NCBI GenBank assembly: GCA_022813865.1
Contig: JALDZX010000007.1
Span: forward strand, 248,001-312,000
Reading direction: 5' to 3'
DNA length: 64,000 nucleotides
From: Xylographa opegraphella
Taxonomy: Eukaryota
In this document: one piece after another, positions 26,750 to 39,518 of the stretch
Numbering within the stretch: the first letter of the stretch is position 1
Layout: each line of letters opens with the position of its first letter
Notes under the pieces: model-generated
What the model was told of the DNA's origin: nothing
What the model saw: the letters and a program-made list of their open reading frames with translations, nothing else
The model's database searches: none
Made by a program: the position numbers and the translations under genes

Positions 26750-27380
26750 GCCACCTCACCTCGGAACGCTCTTCCCTTCCATGCCCTTCCTCTTCCCGCC
26801 TTCTCCACTCCCTCTTTTCCCCTCCTACCATCCACACAACTCCCACAGACTTCGCCAGCCAGGTCATCCTCCCTGCCCCAAACTCTCTCAAACACCCCCT
26901 CTCCCCAAAAAAGTTCTCAACCTCCTCTTCCTCCCAGCCACCTCGCTCTCCCTTCCCCTCCACCCCCCCCTCCCCTCCTTCCTTTCCCTCTCCCCCCGCC
27001 CTCCCCCTCCCCGCTCGACACTCCCTCCAAAACCCACCACCACGCCACGCCACGCCTCTGACCCCTTAAACGAATCAACGCGACCCATGAAATCTACAAA
27101 GGAGGGCGAGTAGGCTATTCCGCCCAAATGCACAGGAGATATTACTCTACCAGCGGGAAGAGATAGCTGGTAGATAGGTGGCGTTGGTGTATCCAGTCGA
27201 GGTAGGATACATTAGGCCGGGCTCGTCGGGACGGGGCGGAGAGACGGGGAGAGGGATGAGGTGAGGCAGTGCCGATGCGTGGTATGGCGGGATGGAGGGG
27301 TTGAATGGAAGGCGGGAGGGAGGGGAGATTGTCAAATGTCTTGATGGGCCGGAGGGGTTCGAAGCTGACGGGCAGGTCAA
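26750..27380. other. Low-complexity C-rich tract followed by G-rich tract in the convergent FAS-beta/eEF3 intergenic region (G-quadruplex potential)
   Basis: Runs of C/CT at ~26750-27060, then G/GA-rich sequence at ~27220-27380. Confidence 0.7.
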
Positions 27381-27750
27381 GACACTTGGAATAGCAATCA
27401 CCAGGGGAGCGTGATTCGCAGCCGTGTTTTAGGATTTTGGTTCAATCAGAGCGAGTGGGTCGGTGGTTTAATTGATCGCGAGACGATTGACGGGATAAGT
27501 GTCAGAGTTCGAATGCATAAATTTAAATCTATCCCTGATCCTCTCTATGTCTAAGCAACGACATGGACAACCGATGCAGATCCCCCGAATCGCCAAAACT
27601 CCAGATCTCGAAGATCTCGTGAGAAGAAAACTGGTGCCAGGGGAAGAATCCCCTTCGTAATTTTCCGTTTCGTTAGAAGGCAACTATGGACAATGCTCCG
27701 GAGAGTGAAGCAGGCGACACAAGCGAATTCGTCGACCACTTCGTGTCTCC

Positions 27751-30700
27751 TTATTCTTCGTCGCTGAAGACTATATAAAGTGTTAGCGACTGTAAACAAA
27801 ATGAAATCGCGGGAGAGAACGTACCTTCTTCGCCCTTCTTTCTCCGTGCCATCCGGTCCTTCTTCTTCTTTCGCAATTCGGCGCTGGTGAGCTTCTTGGC
27901 CTTCTTGTTACCTTCGATCTTATTTCCCATGGCATCGAACTTGTCCTCCTCGTCATCATCACCTTGCTTGAGACGCCTGTGGAAAGACTTAGCAGGGAAA
28001 GAGACAGGTAGGAAGATGTGTACTCACGTTCCGGATCCCTGACCTTGCACCCAGTTGTGGCCAGATGGCGTCATCTTACCGTCCATGACAGCCCAGACTT
28101 CCTCGGTCAGATCCTTTGTAAACTCAGCGGAATGAGTGATGATAATAACACCTCCCTCGAAAGCCTTGAGAGCCTTGGAAAGGGCACCGAGCGAGTCGCG
28201 GTCCAAATAGTTGGTAGGCTCGTCAAGAACGATCAAGTGAGGTCGCTGCCACGAGCAGGCAGCAAGGACCACCTTGACACGCTGTCCGCCGGAAAGACCA
28301 CGCATACGTGAGTGAGAAACGAGTTCCGCATCGAGACCAAAGTTCGCACAATGTTGCTCAATCTCTTTGCGGACTAAAGGTCGGAACTGACCACTGGCCA
28401 GAGCCTCTTTCTGATCGACCTCAGCAACCATCTTCGCGTGCGAAACTAGAATCTCGGTGCGTGGGATCCAGGCATTGTCTGCAGTCATCATGGGTGTCCA
28501 TTTTTCATTCTTCTGGCCAACGTTTTCACCAAGAACGAACGAACACTCGTATTCGTACGAGTTCTTGAACTTTCTCCGTGAATGAATGCCAATTACTCGT
28601 CGTTGTGTGCCTTCAATCCGATAAATTTTGTCCATTGCCTTCTCGTCCTCGTCGGTGACAATCTTATTTGCGCGATCCATGGTCTCACGATCTTCACCCG
28701 TTTGGAATCGCCATTGGATGTACTCCGATGGGGTCAGATCCAGGTGATGGTCGATGTGTGAAAAAGCATGTTGCTTGATGTAGGCGATACGGATGTTCTC
28801 ATGAGTGTAGACATCACCAGTAGTCGGAATAAGCTCACCAGTGAGTACATTGATGAGAGTAGATTTTCCAGCACCATTAGGACCGATGACGGCAATACGA
28901 GAGCCCAGAGAGCATTGGAAGGTAATTTCCGAGATCTGAGGCTTCGACGTACCAGGGTATTGGAAGGTCATGTTGTTCACACGTACGATGGCCTTCGCCT
29001 TGGTTTTAACACCTTCGAGGTAACCTGGCTCAGGAAACTTGAATTCCATCTCTGAAGCGCTGAGTTCATAGTACGAACGAGCTGAGGGTACCTTCTTTAC
29101 AAACTCGCCAAGGTTGCCGCGATAACGTCTGAGCTTGAAGCGCTCGTAATGAATAACGTGCTGAATGACGTTGTTGAGGAAACCACTGTCATGTGAGACA
29201 ATGATCGATGTACATGGAGAGTTGATCAAGTAATTCTCTAGCCACTTCACATTCTTGACATCCAAGTGATTAGTAGGTTCGTCGAGGAGAAGAATGTCAG
29301 GATCTTCGAAAACGGCACGGGCAAGGGCAAGCTTCATTTTCCAGCCTCCAGACAGGGATGTGATGGGGCCTTCAAATTGTTCTTGGAAGAAACCGAAGTC
29401 CAGAAGCTGCTTCTCAATGGCGGCCTTATCTAGAGTGATGCCCACTTCAGCAAGCTTCTTCTGAGTCCATCCGAGGACGGTCTGCTCGGTGTCTGCGGAA
29501 TCGAGGTCGTGCTCGACGAAGACGGTCTTGACTTCGCTCTTCTTGGGGAAACCTTCAACCTGCTCGTTATTGATAGCACGCATAAGAGTAGATTTCCCAG
29601 ATCCATTCGGGCCAAGGAGACCGTATCGCTGGCCGCGCTTCAAACGTAGATGTGTTTGATTGAGGAGAATTTTAGCACCATATGCCAGGTTGAATGTGCA
29701 ATTGCAGAGGTCTTCGCCTTCCTCATCGTCCGCTTCCTCATCCGCTTCATCGGCAGCACCTGGAGAGGCACGTTTTCGCAGAGCGTCCGCAACCGATCTG
29801 GCATCCGCTTCACCAACCACGGCGGTAATGTAAGGAAGGGTCTGCTCAGTCCATTCGGTGGGGTCGTTGTTCTTCTCGTCGATAAATTGACCGGCGATAG
29901 CAGCAATGTATTCGACAACTGGACCGAACTTTGTACTCACTTCCTTATGCTTGGGCTCAAGGATTTGCTTTAGGATAGCTACGACAGTAGTAACATCGCC
30001 AGCGTGTGAAATCTCAGGGATCTTTCCATCTTTGACATTTCCGACGCGGATTAAAGTATCAACAGCTTGCTTGGTCTTTTCACGTGCCTCAGGGTCCGCC
30101 AAATTCTCATAATTCTTTTGAAGAGCAGGCATGAGCTTCGGCAGAAACGCCGCAACAATGTTTGGATCTTCGACCAATTTGCACATGTTATCGACAATAA
30201 CGGCAGACTTTCGCTTGATGGCAGTCTCGCGCTCAGCTAGACCACGATCGAGTAGAGGCACCATAATTGCTAAAGTTGGCTCGTGGACGTCAGTGACGAA
30301 TGTAGTCGCACCGAGAAGATGGACGGTCTCAGGGACGTTCTCGGGCTTGGCAATACATTTGATGAGTTCGGGAATGAAACGGTCGATATCCTTATTCACG
30401 ATCAAGCCGCAGACCTTTTCCATTGTGCTGTAAGCAGCTTTCTTGATTTCAGGCTTGGTATCCCACATCAATTCTGATACGACTGGGATGAGCTCGGGGA
30501 CGCGAAGAGCAAGCTGCGTTGGTGCACTCTCCACAAGTGCCTCGATGCACTGGATATCGCACATCTTTTCTTGCCATTTCTGAGTAGTTCGGACAGAGGT
30601 GATGATGATGGGCATTATGGCCTTGAGAGTATTCGCGTTCACAGCCTTGACGATAGCCAGAGCTGCTGCGGTGGCTGCCGTCTTTACCGGGGTCATCTTG

Positions 30701-31173
30701 TCACCAGTCGCTCCAAGTGTAGGGGCAAGCAATGAAACCAAGTATGGTTCCACAGCTGGTGAGACGGAGGAGTGTTGTGCGATGGCTTGAATTGCATTGA
30801 GGCCCCGTTCTCGTACACCGGCATCTTTCTTGTTTGCAAGCTGTTTCTTGAGGGCTTCGACGGCTCTACAGAATGGCTGTTAGCTATACTCGAAATCGCA
30901 CACACAGCGACCGCAAAGGATTGCCACAGTGGTACCGCCAGCCACTATGAAAAGAGTTTGTGGTGAAACTTACTTTGTGGGTGCATCGTGCTCCTCGATA
31001 GGACCGTTAATGAAAGTAGCGATGTTGCCAGCAGCAGCGCTCGTCTCATCAGCAGTTTTCGAGATGCTCAATTTGCTAAGTAGCTCATCGAGCACCTTGA
31101 TCGACTGCTGATTCTCGTGCTTGGTGTTCGCTGCATTTGACGGTACGGAATCCATTATGTCGACTGACGGCAT
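27751..31173 (-). CDS. YEF3: Translation elongation factor 3 (eEF3), ~1069 aa; exons 31173-30974, 30865-28028, 27976-27825, 27770-27751
   Basis: HEAT-repeat N-terminus; two ABC cassettes ([27 protein letters not shown] and [26 protein letters not shown]) with a chromodomain insertion; C-terminus [29 protein letters not shown]. Confidence 0.96.
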
Positions 31174-33562
31174 GGTCTGGATGAACGTGAGGAAGATTTC
31201 TCCAACGGAAAGGCTGGGTGATTAGTGAGAATCCGCCGGCAGGCAAACACCTCTAAGGGGTACCACGGAAAAGTTTTGGGGCTCGTAAATTCTCTCTGCG
31301 AAAAGAACACAAGTCGTACTCGAGATAGCCTCGTCTATGCTGTGACAGAAGCAACACAGCCGGAGAAGTCTATGAAAGGGATGAAGAGGTCTGAGGGTCG
31401 TGAGGTGAGGAATAAGAAATGGAAGGCGATGTTTTGTGGCTCCTTATATTATTAGGGCACGGCGGCGGCAGGCTTCGCTGGGAAAAAAATCTGTTCACTC
31501 GGCTACCACGACCGATCTGGCCTAGCTCCGTCTCTCAACATCTCCCGAGTCCCTTTCATCACACTGCTTTTCCCTGACCGCATTTTCATCGCAGGCTACT
31601 ATATTTGGGCGCTGCTTCATCTACATGATTCACTTCCAGGGTTGTATTGAAAGCGGCTGGACGTGAAGGCTTACAGCTTCTGCAACTACAACCAGGAAGG
31701 ATGTTGCGTTCGAAACCACTAACACCACAGCTATCTAGCTTCTCAACCGACAATACCATATTACAAAGAACGTACATAGAGTATCGTAGGACACGATGGC
31801 GTCAATTATGATGCTATTCTTGCCACTTAGCACCGCCCAGAGTCTCTCGCAGTCGGCCAATCGGATCCGTAACACGCGCAGCCCAACATTCCAAGCGCAT
31901 TCTGGAACGTATCCTCCGAGGGTGGCGAAACACTGCAGAGAATTACTCCGGCTGAAACTGGGGATATATCTGTAGTAGATCACTAACCCGCAACTCTATC
32001 GTGCCGGCGCCAGACGGTTAATATCGAAAAGAATACGGAGTATTTACCACACAAATGCTGGCAGGCTCGGGAGAAGTGACGTCATACCTTGCTCTGCGGT
32101 CAGGTCTCGGATTGAACTTCATGGACAGTCATAAACGCAGTGGATGTTGCCATCACGAACTTACTTTATTGACACAAATTGCAGCATCTCAGCGCATCAT
32201 GTAAAAACATAATTCTTGGACAGAACCCCGCAGTAGCACGGCTTCGTATTGGTGAGATTTTGTCACTTACAGCACTCCCCTAAGCATGGCTTACTTCAAC
32301 GATAATTTCTTGGGTTGAAATCATACATCATACGGCGGATGGTCGTCCTACAGCATATGTTACCAAGTCAACTGCTTGAGAAGACCTTGTTCAATCCCCA
32401 TTTGAGGTCGTCCAACCGTTATCCTCTTCTGGCCTCGGAATCTTTCCTGCTTCTCTTGAGTTTCTGCTTCTTGGATTTACCCACCATCCAACTTCTTGGC
32501 CGGGTCGTCTGCAACGGCTGTATCGCCGGTGGATTTGCTCTTAGGCGCATTTTGTCTGGCTCCTTTGCTGGTGGGGATGACAAACTGACACTGGCGGACT
32601 CATCTCTTCTTCTAGCACTAAGCATTTCTTTTATAGGGAAGCTTCACTACGCTGAAGTGCTTTCCGGTATTCTCTTACAAACCTCTTCAATTCCATGGAC
32701 CATTTCAGTAGCCGCAAGAACAACCACTACCACTTTTGTCTCTCCATCTGCTTACGCCACATGAGAGTAGTGTTCTGAGATATACTGCAGAACTTCTTTC
32801 GTGTACTGAACAGCTCAATAACGAACTTTCGTTAATGACTGCATGTACGACTAAATACATATCTATACCGGCTTGGTACCATCACAGTATACCTTACAGC
32901 TAATTTCTGAAAATCCAACCAGCATGCATATGGGACAAATTGAAAATGCCGAACTTTGACATCTAGCAGGTGTAATGTCGTACAAGGACATGACAAACCA
33001 TGACTGTCTTGTCTGAAGTCACGACTGAATACAAACACGCGATGGCAAACGTTTCTCATTGAATGTAGAGGATGACAGGTCGTCGCATGTGGCACTCATT
33101 GTAACTCCATGCTTCTTTGATACATATGTGGGCAATACATGCTACCTGCTGTCAGGTCTCATGTACAACATAATTGGGCGTTATTGTTCTAGCAGCGTCT
33201 TCACAAGCCCAAAACGGTTCGCATGTTTTACCGATAGCTCTTCCACTCGTCAACGTGATTGCAATGTCTCGCGGAACGGCTTCATGCATCTCATGCAATT
33301 GGTGTCTCTAATTTCTTTCTCTCCTTCATATGCAACTTTAAGTATACTTGTTCATTGTGCAGTTTTCTTGAAGGGCAACGAAAGCAGATTCGCCCTCCTT
33401 CCCGACATGTCTATCACTCCCGGATCCTTAAAGAGGGAATAAATACGTGCCGTGCGCACGCCCTCAATATGCTTCTTGCCTCTACGTCGGGATTGCAGGA
33501 AATAGCTGACTTACTCTCCACAACAGGTAAGTATTTGCCGTCATTACACTTACCACCACAAG

Positions 33563-35270
33563 ATGCAAGGTTACAACCGCCTAGCTATCCTCGGGCCAGA
33601 ACTGGAGGTTCCAAGTTACCTAGATGACGGAGGTCACCCGCTCAGTGCCAAGAAGATGATTATGCTATACAACTACATTGATCACTACATGGAGAAGGGC
33701 GTCCGCAAAGAAGATACCGACAAGCGACTGTTCGATAAGTTCACTAAACTGCTCAAAAATAAATACGGGTGCTTCCTGGCTTACTGCTGCGTTCCAGAGC
33801 TACGACAAGAGTGGCAGAAAGATTATCAACCGTAGGCTTCTTCACAAGAAAGGATTGTATTTCGGAGATTTGATGGACTCATGGTTCTATGTTCGAAGTC
33901 CAACCTAACAGGACGATGTTAAGGCTTGTCAACGAATGTAGGAACAACCCTCCGAGTCACAGACCACCTAAAAGCCCCTTCACCGTGGCAATGTAGGATG
34001 AGATTCGATTGCAAATGATAGCAGACAAATGGCTGGAATGGTTACTGTGGGATCACCCCGATTCTGTAGCGGTAGCAACGCAACAAGATCAAGTTTCACC
34101 TCCACTATTCTCGTCGCTGACACGACAACGGGAGTCGAGAAGTATTCCGCTTCCACCATTCGTGCTGTCATCACAAGGGCCGGCTGAAGCTCACAGCGAG
34201 GTAGGTCTCGGGCATCCATCGCAAAGGGACCACAACGATCGCTTTGGAGGCTCGTATTGCAAAGATTCGTTGGAATTAAGTGGCTCACTGCATCGATTTG
34301 GGGCGGCTGCAGCTACTGACCGAATATCCGAAAAACAAATGCGGTAATGTGGATGGTATACTGACCATGAGAGCATCATAGATCTCCTCAGAGAAGGCCA
34401 CAACCGGCTTAGTGCATACGGGTTCTGGTGGTGGGAACGCAAAGCAACATTCGGCGAGGATGACTGTTCTCGAAGGTACGGCAATGCCTCTGCAACAGCC
34501 CGAATAGCACCACACTTAAGCTGACTTTCCACCAAGAGCAATTGAGAATCGTGCAACAAATGATCGACGAGGAACGTGGCGCCATTCAAGAGCAAGACGA
34601 AGCCAAGTCAGCGCTCACGGTTGCAGGAGATCCCTCCCTTAGCAATATAGTCGTGCTCCGTACGCGGAGAGACCACGATGGCAATGAACCCAGACAGCTA
34701 CACGCTCCACCCAACAACCCAGACCCCACCCGAGGGGGTCTAGCAAGCCAATATCCTGGAGCCTCCGGGACGCTATACATCCCAAGCACCGAGCCCGGAC
34801 CTGCTCAACGACCCTCTGCAACCCAAGCCCCCAGACCTAGCTCGGCATGGGGCCCGGAACCAGCCACGATATCAAGGCAAGACTACGGGCCAACAACGTT
34901 CCCCTAGGGGAACATGACCGCACAAAGAGGGACCGCCGGCGAAGCAGCAACGGCTCCTACTCAGCGTGCTGCTCCTCCACAGGAAACAAGGACCCAAACC
35001 CCCCGCCAGCCCACTTTTCAGCTGCCGCCTCGGGATGCACGCCGTTTCGGTGCCCAGGCGGTACCACGCGGGTTGGCTCGGGGGCCGGGTGTACTTCATA
35101 GCGCTCAGGTTGGTGGCGCGACTAGGAGTCGCGGTATGGCTAGAGATACTGTTGGAATGGGGGGCAGTATATTTCCGAGAAACCTGTTTGGGAACCAGGC
35201 TGCGGGACGGGTCGTGGACGGGCAGTGGGAGGAGGAGAGGGAGGAAGAGCGGGATGGGGTGCAGTGGTAG
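33563..35270 (+). CDS. Possible multi-exon hypothetical protein or pseudogene
   Basis: A series of + strand ORF blocks (33563-33835, 34009-34347, ~34370-34475, 34542-34907, 34914-35270) with plausible GT..CTGAC..AG junctions and no recognisable domain. In-frame TAG at 34905-34907. Confidence 0.3.
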
Positions 35271-36335
35271 AAGGGGAGAGGTAGAGTGAGCGGCTTGGAT
35301 TGGGGGGGGGGTCGGTGAGGAGGAGTGGTGGCTACATTGTCGTGGTGATAGCGGAGGCAGGAAAGGCCAGGGGCGATAGGAGTGTGATGGCCAGGGGTGA
35401 GATTGGGTTTGAATAAGATAGGAGGAAAGAGGAATAGATTTCGGTTGCTTTGCTATGCGGATCTGGAGTGTACTTTCAGGTTTCGAAACTATTACTCCAT
35501 CGATTGCCGGCAAGACTACCATGCCGATTCTCCTACGTCGTGTTATCGTTCCCGCGCTCTTGCAATCACGATCTGGAAGCATCAATGCTGCGCTGTTTAC
35601 TAGTCAGCTATCGCAACGAGTGCGGTCTACGGGTTGGATCTCCACCGTGCGCGAGGTACGGGCTTAGAGAGTGGGTGGTCAGCATAAGGCTCGCCTGTCT
35701 GTGAACGGTTCGAGCGCCTGACAGCGTAATGTCCGTTCGAGAGCGTGGGAGAGCGTTAGGCGGCCGACTGTGTGTTTGTGAGGGGTGGCTGCTGCGGGGA
35801 TTGGTGGGTTTAGATTACTAGTGGAGTGTGCTCGTTGGGGAATGTGGGTGTGGTTGGATATGTGGATGTGGGGTTGTGGGGTTGTTGTTGTTGGGGGAAG
35901 GGGCTTTTGGGGTGGTGAAGTGCTGTTATGGGCTGGATTGGAGCAGGGTGATGGGATGGGTGGGATGGGAGGGGTTAGGGATTTAGGATACGGACGGAGA
36001 GGAAGGGAGGACGCAGGGAGGGGGGGATGGTTGGGAAGACGAAGGGGGTTGGTGGATTGTCGATGGGGGTGGGAGGAGTTTTCTGATGTGGGTTCGGGCT
36101 TGATACTTCTGGTAATAAGTTGCGAAGACGGAAGCCGACGGTGAAAGCATGTGTATCGTAATGATGTTTTTCTATTGCTTTTCTTGGCCCGTTCGCTACA
36201 CACACCTGCCCGGCACCCTGGCACGCTCGGAAGTGCAAACACAAATTGAACGAATAAATGTAGATATTCGACAAAGCAAGACCTTCCTGCCCCACGCGCA
36301 GACCATCATCACACACGTCCACATAGCCTCTCCGA

Positions 36336-37463
36336 TTATATAGACACCACCACCTTTTTAGCAGACACCCCCTTGCTCTGCAGATCGAAAGCGGCCTGGA
36401 TGTGCTCGAGACCCTTTCCCACAACGAGCGGCTCCGGAGCAGCCACATAGGTGCCTCTTTCCAGAGCCGCAGGGAGGAAATCGCTGTAGATGGCCGGCCC
36501 CACCTCGTTCTCGGAGATCGTGCTGCCGAAGATGAACTTGAACCCGATGGATCTTGTTTTGGATTTGACCCAGATGTTGATGATGCCTGTGAGGAAGGTG
36601 AAAATGAAGGTGGGGACGACCAGACGTTTTGGCGGCGTCTGAGGCGTAGGATATGTGGCCATGGCGATGAACTTCTTGCCTTGGCACTTGTCAAGAATGT
36701 CCAGACACGCCTCGGCGGCTCCATTACCGAGGGTGTACGCGCCCGCAAGGGTTTTGCCCTGAAGCGCGCGAATGATGTCGGCGACGACGGTTTTGCTGTT
36801 GTAGTCGAATACCTGGCTGCCACCTAGCTTCTTAACGTAGTCGAAATTCCGGGGCGAGGAGGTGGTGATGACTTCGTAGCCTGCAGCGACGGCGAGCTGG
36901 ATCGCGCTGCTGCCGACGCTGGTTGAACCTCCCCAGATGAGTAGAGTGGTGCCAGTTGGCTTTGCGTGCCCGGAAGGATCGGGCAGTTGGAGCGCCAGCA
37001 GATCTTTCTGGAACAAGCCACACGCTGCGGTAGACAGACCCAACGGGATGACCGCCGCTTTTTCGTAGGACAGAGCACCGGGGATCTTCGATGCCATCTG
37101 GACCTGCAGGATAACGTACTCCTGAAAAGCACCGTGCGACGCGCCGTACTTGGCGGAGGTGTTGTATTGCTTGTCTGTCCCTTGAGCGTGGCCGATAACC
37201 CTATCGCCGACCTTGAATAGCGTGACGCCTTGGCCAATCTCGACCACCTCACCCGCGACGTCGGTGCCGAAGACTGCTGGGTATTTCATCCAGGAGTATA
37301 GAAAGTCGCCCTGGACTTGTAACATCCAGTCTAAAGGGTTGATGGCTACTGCTGCGTTCTTGATGACGATTTCATTGGCGCCCGGAGAAGTGTAAGGCGC
37401 AGGTCTGATTTCCAGAGGTCTAGCCTTGGCTGCTGTTTGGTACGCTGCTGTATTGGACGGCAT
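36336..37463 (-). CDS. Medium-chain dehydrogenase/reductase (zinc-binding oxidoreductase CipB/enoyl-reductase-like), 375 aa, intronless
   Basis: AVAINPLDW, GTDVAGEVVEIG..FKVGDRV, GAFQEY, nucleotide-binding LIWGGSTSVG, C-terminal GVSAKKVVV. Confidence 0.92.
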   Translation of the reverse strand: MPSNTAAYQTAAKARPLEIRPAPYTSPGANEIVIKNAAVAINPLDWMLQVQGDFLYSWMKYPAVFGTDVAGEVVEIGQGVTLFKVGDRVIGHAQGTDKQYNTSAKYGASHGAFQEYVILQVQMASKIPGALSYEKAAVIPLGLSTAACGLFQKDLLALQLPDPSGHAKPTGTTLLIWGGSTSVGSSAIQLAVAAGYEVITTSSPRNFDYVKKLGGSQVFDYNSKTVVADIIRALQGKTLAGAYTLGNGAAEACLDILDKCQGKKFIAMATYPTPQTPPKRLVVPTFIFTFLTGIINIWVKSKTRSIGFKFIFGSTISENEVGPAIYSDFLPAALERGTYVAAPEPLVVGKGLEHIQAAFDLQSKGVSAKKVVVSI

Positions 37464-38079
37464 TATGGGGGTATGGGACGGGAGGAGAGGAAAGAAGGAA
37501 AAGACTTCGAATCTGTAGGAACGTGAAAGCAGAAAAGCAATGGCAGGCTCGTCATAGGCTATGCGGTGGAAGAACTGAATGGCAAGAATATAGAAGCGCA
37601 GTGACGATATGCTTGAAGACGAGGAAATGCATGCTTTATAGGCAACAACAGCAGTTCGGACCCAACCTCTAGCAGACGCCGACGGGAATTGGATTCATCC
37701 GCGAGCGACCATGATGGAAAGATTGCCATCTCCATGACTAACATTGACTTACTGTACAACGGAAATTAGTGCCGTCTCCGCAGCTTGGTCCTGTCTAAGG
37801 TTTTGTATCTTGCATGTCCAGTAGAGAAAGAGTCGAGTTAGCGTCACTCCCAAAGAGGCTAGCTTGATCTGAAATGCGAGTTGAGGTTAGCGCGAGCGTG
37901 AGATGCGAAGATTGCCAAGAGGCTAGTTGCCCAAACGCCTGATTCTTGATCAACGACATCAGGATGCGAAATTGATCACCTCCTTATGAACTATCCCTGT
38001 GCGGAGCGAGCCCGGCCCAATGTCAAGCGTGGCGTTTGTGTAGCTCTCAATTCATACCCTGTCGCTGCGAGTAGCAGTC

Positions 38080-39518
38080 ATGACTGACCTCGTGCCATTA
38101 CCAATGAAAGACCGCAAGATTCGGGCCCACCACAAATCCCGGCAGGGATGTAGAAACTGCAAGCTTCGGCGTGTCAAGGCAGGAGAATCCCTAACAGTGT
38201 AGAGTCCCGTAAAGTCGTTAGGCTAAGAACGTCCTACAGTGTGATGAGGGCAAACCCGGCTGCAAGAGATGCGCAGTTTACAGCATTTTTTGCAACTATG
38301 ATAGCAAACATTCTGACTTGCAAGTATCCACCGACGGGGCATCCAATTTGGGTGTCTTTAAGAGAACTCCTCAGTCACAAAGGGCCACTATTTCGAGAGT
38401 ACTGGATCCTTCGATGAGACGACAGTTGATGGTAACATTGGCCAGCAATGCATTCTTGCAATTGAATGGGAAGGAGCTGGAGCTGCTTCAACGGTTTCAC
38501 GAGAGGACTGTTTTCACTATATCTCCGGCCAAGACGATTGCCTCGTATAGCGACGAAATCGTTAAACTAGCCTGTGTCGTAAGAATGCTGGGCTTATGAT
38601 TGATGAGCCATACTGACCTTTACGGATTAGCACCCATTCTTGATGCACGCGGCAATGATAGTGACGCTGCTCCATGACCGCCACTTGGCCACTGTGTCAG
38701 ATACAAAGCTATCCACCACCGAATCCTTCCATTACTATCGAAGCATAGCCTTATTTAACAGCAAGCTTACGGGGCCACTTCAGGGTTCCGAGCGAGACGC
38801 TCTTTGGGTCGCTGCTGCTATCCTCGGTAGCGTATCATTCTGTCATATCGAGGCACAAACACCAGAGGAAGCATGGCCACTCAAGCCTTCTTCAGCTTTG
38901 GACTTCAATTGGCTAAGTCTGAGTGAAGGAAAATTACAAGTGTGGAACATTACAAACGTATTGGAAACGCAGTTTCGGCAGCTGGCCCTGGAGCATATGA
39001 ACTTTTCAAAGACCATCCCCGCGGGCCCGGGTCTAGAAGCTCTTCCATCCGGACTCATTGGGCTCTGTGGGATTGACGCCGCGTCCACCGCCGACAACAA
39101 CCCTTACTACGCCGTTGCATTATCTGTAGCACAGGCTTTGAATCTCACATCCGATTACAATACCAACATGAAATTCTTCCAATTCACTATGATGATGGGA
39201 TTACCGTATAAGCATTTGCTGGTGCGCAAGGACCCCTGTGCACTTCTGCTCCTGGCGTACTGGTACGCAAAGGTCTGCCAGCACAAGCATTGGTGGATTG
39301 TGAGCCGGGCTGCGCTCGAATGTCAAGCCATCTGTATGTTTTTGGAAAGATACCATCGACACGACAGCAACATACTTGAACTCCTCCGATTCCCAAAAAC
39401 CAGTCTCGCTTGCTTGGCGTCCGGCGATATATCTCCAAATCAATCCCTCGCCGTCACAAACTCGACTAATCAACTACCGCGACAGTTTCTCTTCGTTAAT
39501 ACCAGCAGTATACCGTAG
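38080..39518 (+). CDS. Zn(II)2Cys6 transcription factor (Upc2/Ecm22-like C-terminal domain); exons 38080-38178, 38240-38578, 38631-39518
   Basis: HHKSRQGCRNCKLRRVK|CDEGKPGCKRCAVYSIFCNY provides all six Cys. Downstream HPFLMHA and ALLLLAYWYA. The first intron is GC-AG. Confidence 0.88.

Noticed and set aside
26564..27401. Several overlapping Pro- or Gly-rich ORFs
   Set aside because: By-products of C-rich/G-rich low-complexity DNA that lacks stop codons; no domain content.
32315..33442. ORFs between the eEF3 promoter and the orphan gene
   Set aside because: Short, with no motifs or consistent splice structure; cannot be supported as genes.
35679..36242. 187-aa Pro-rich ORF and its antisense partner
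   Set aside because: G/T-rich low-complexity intergenic tract with no coding signature.
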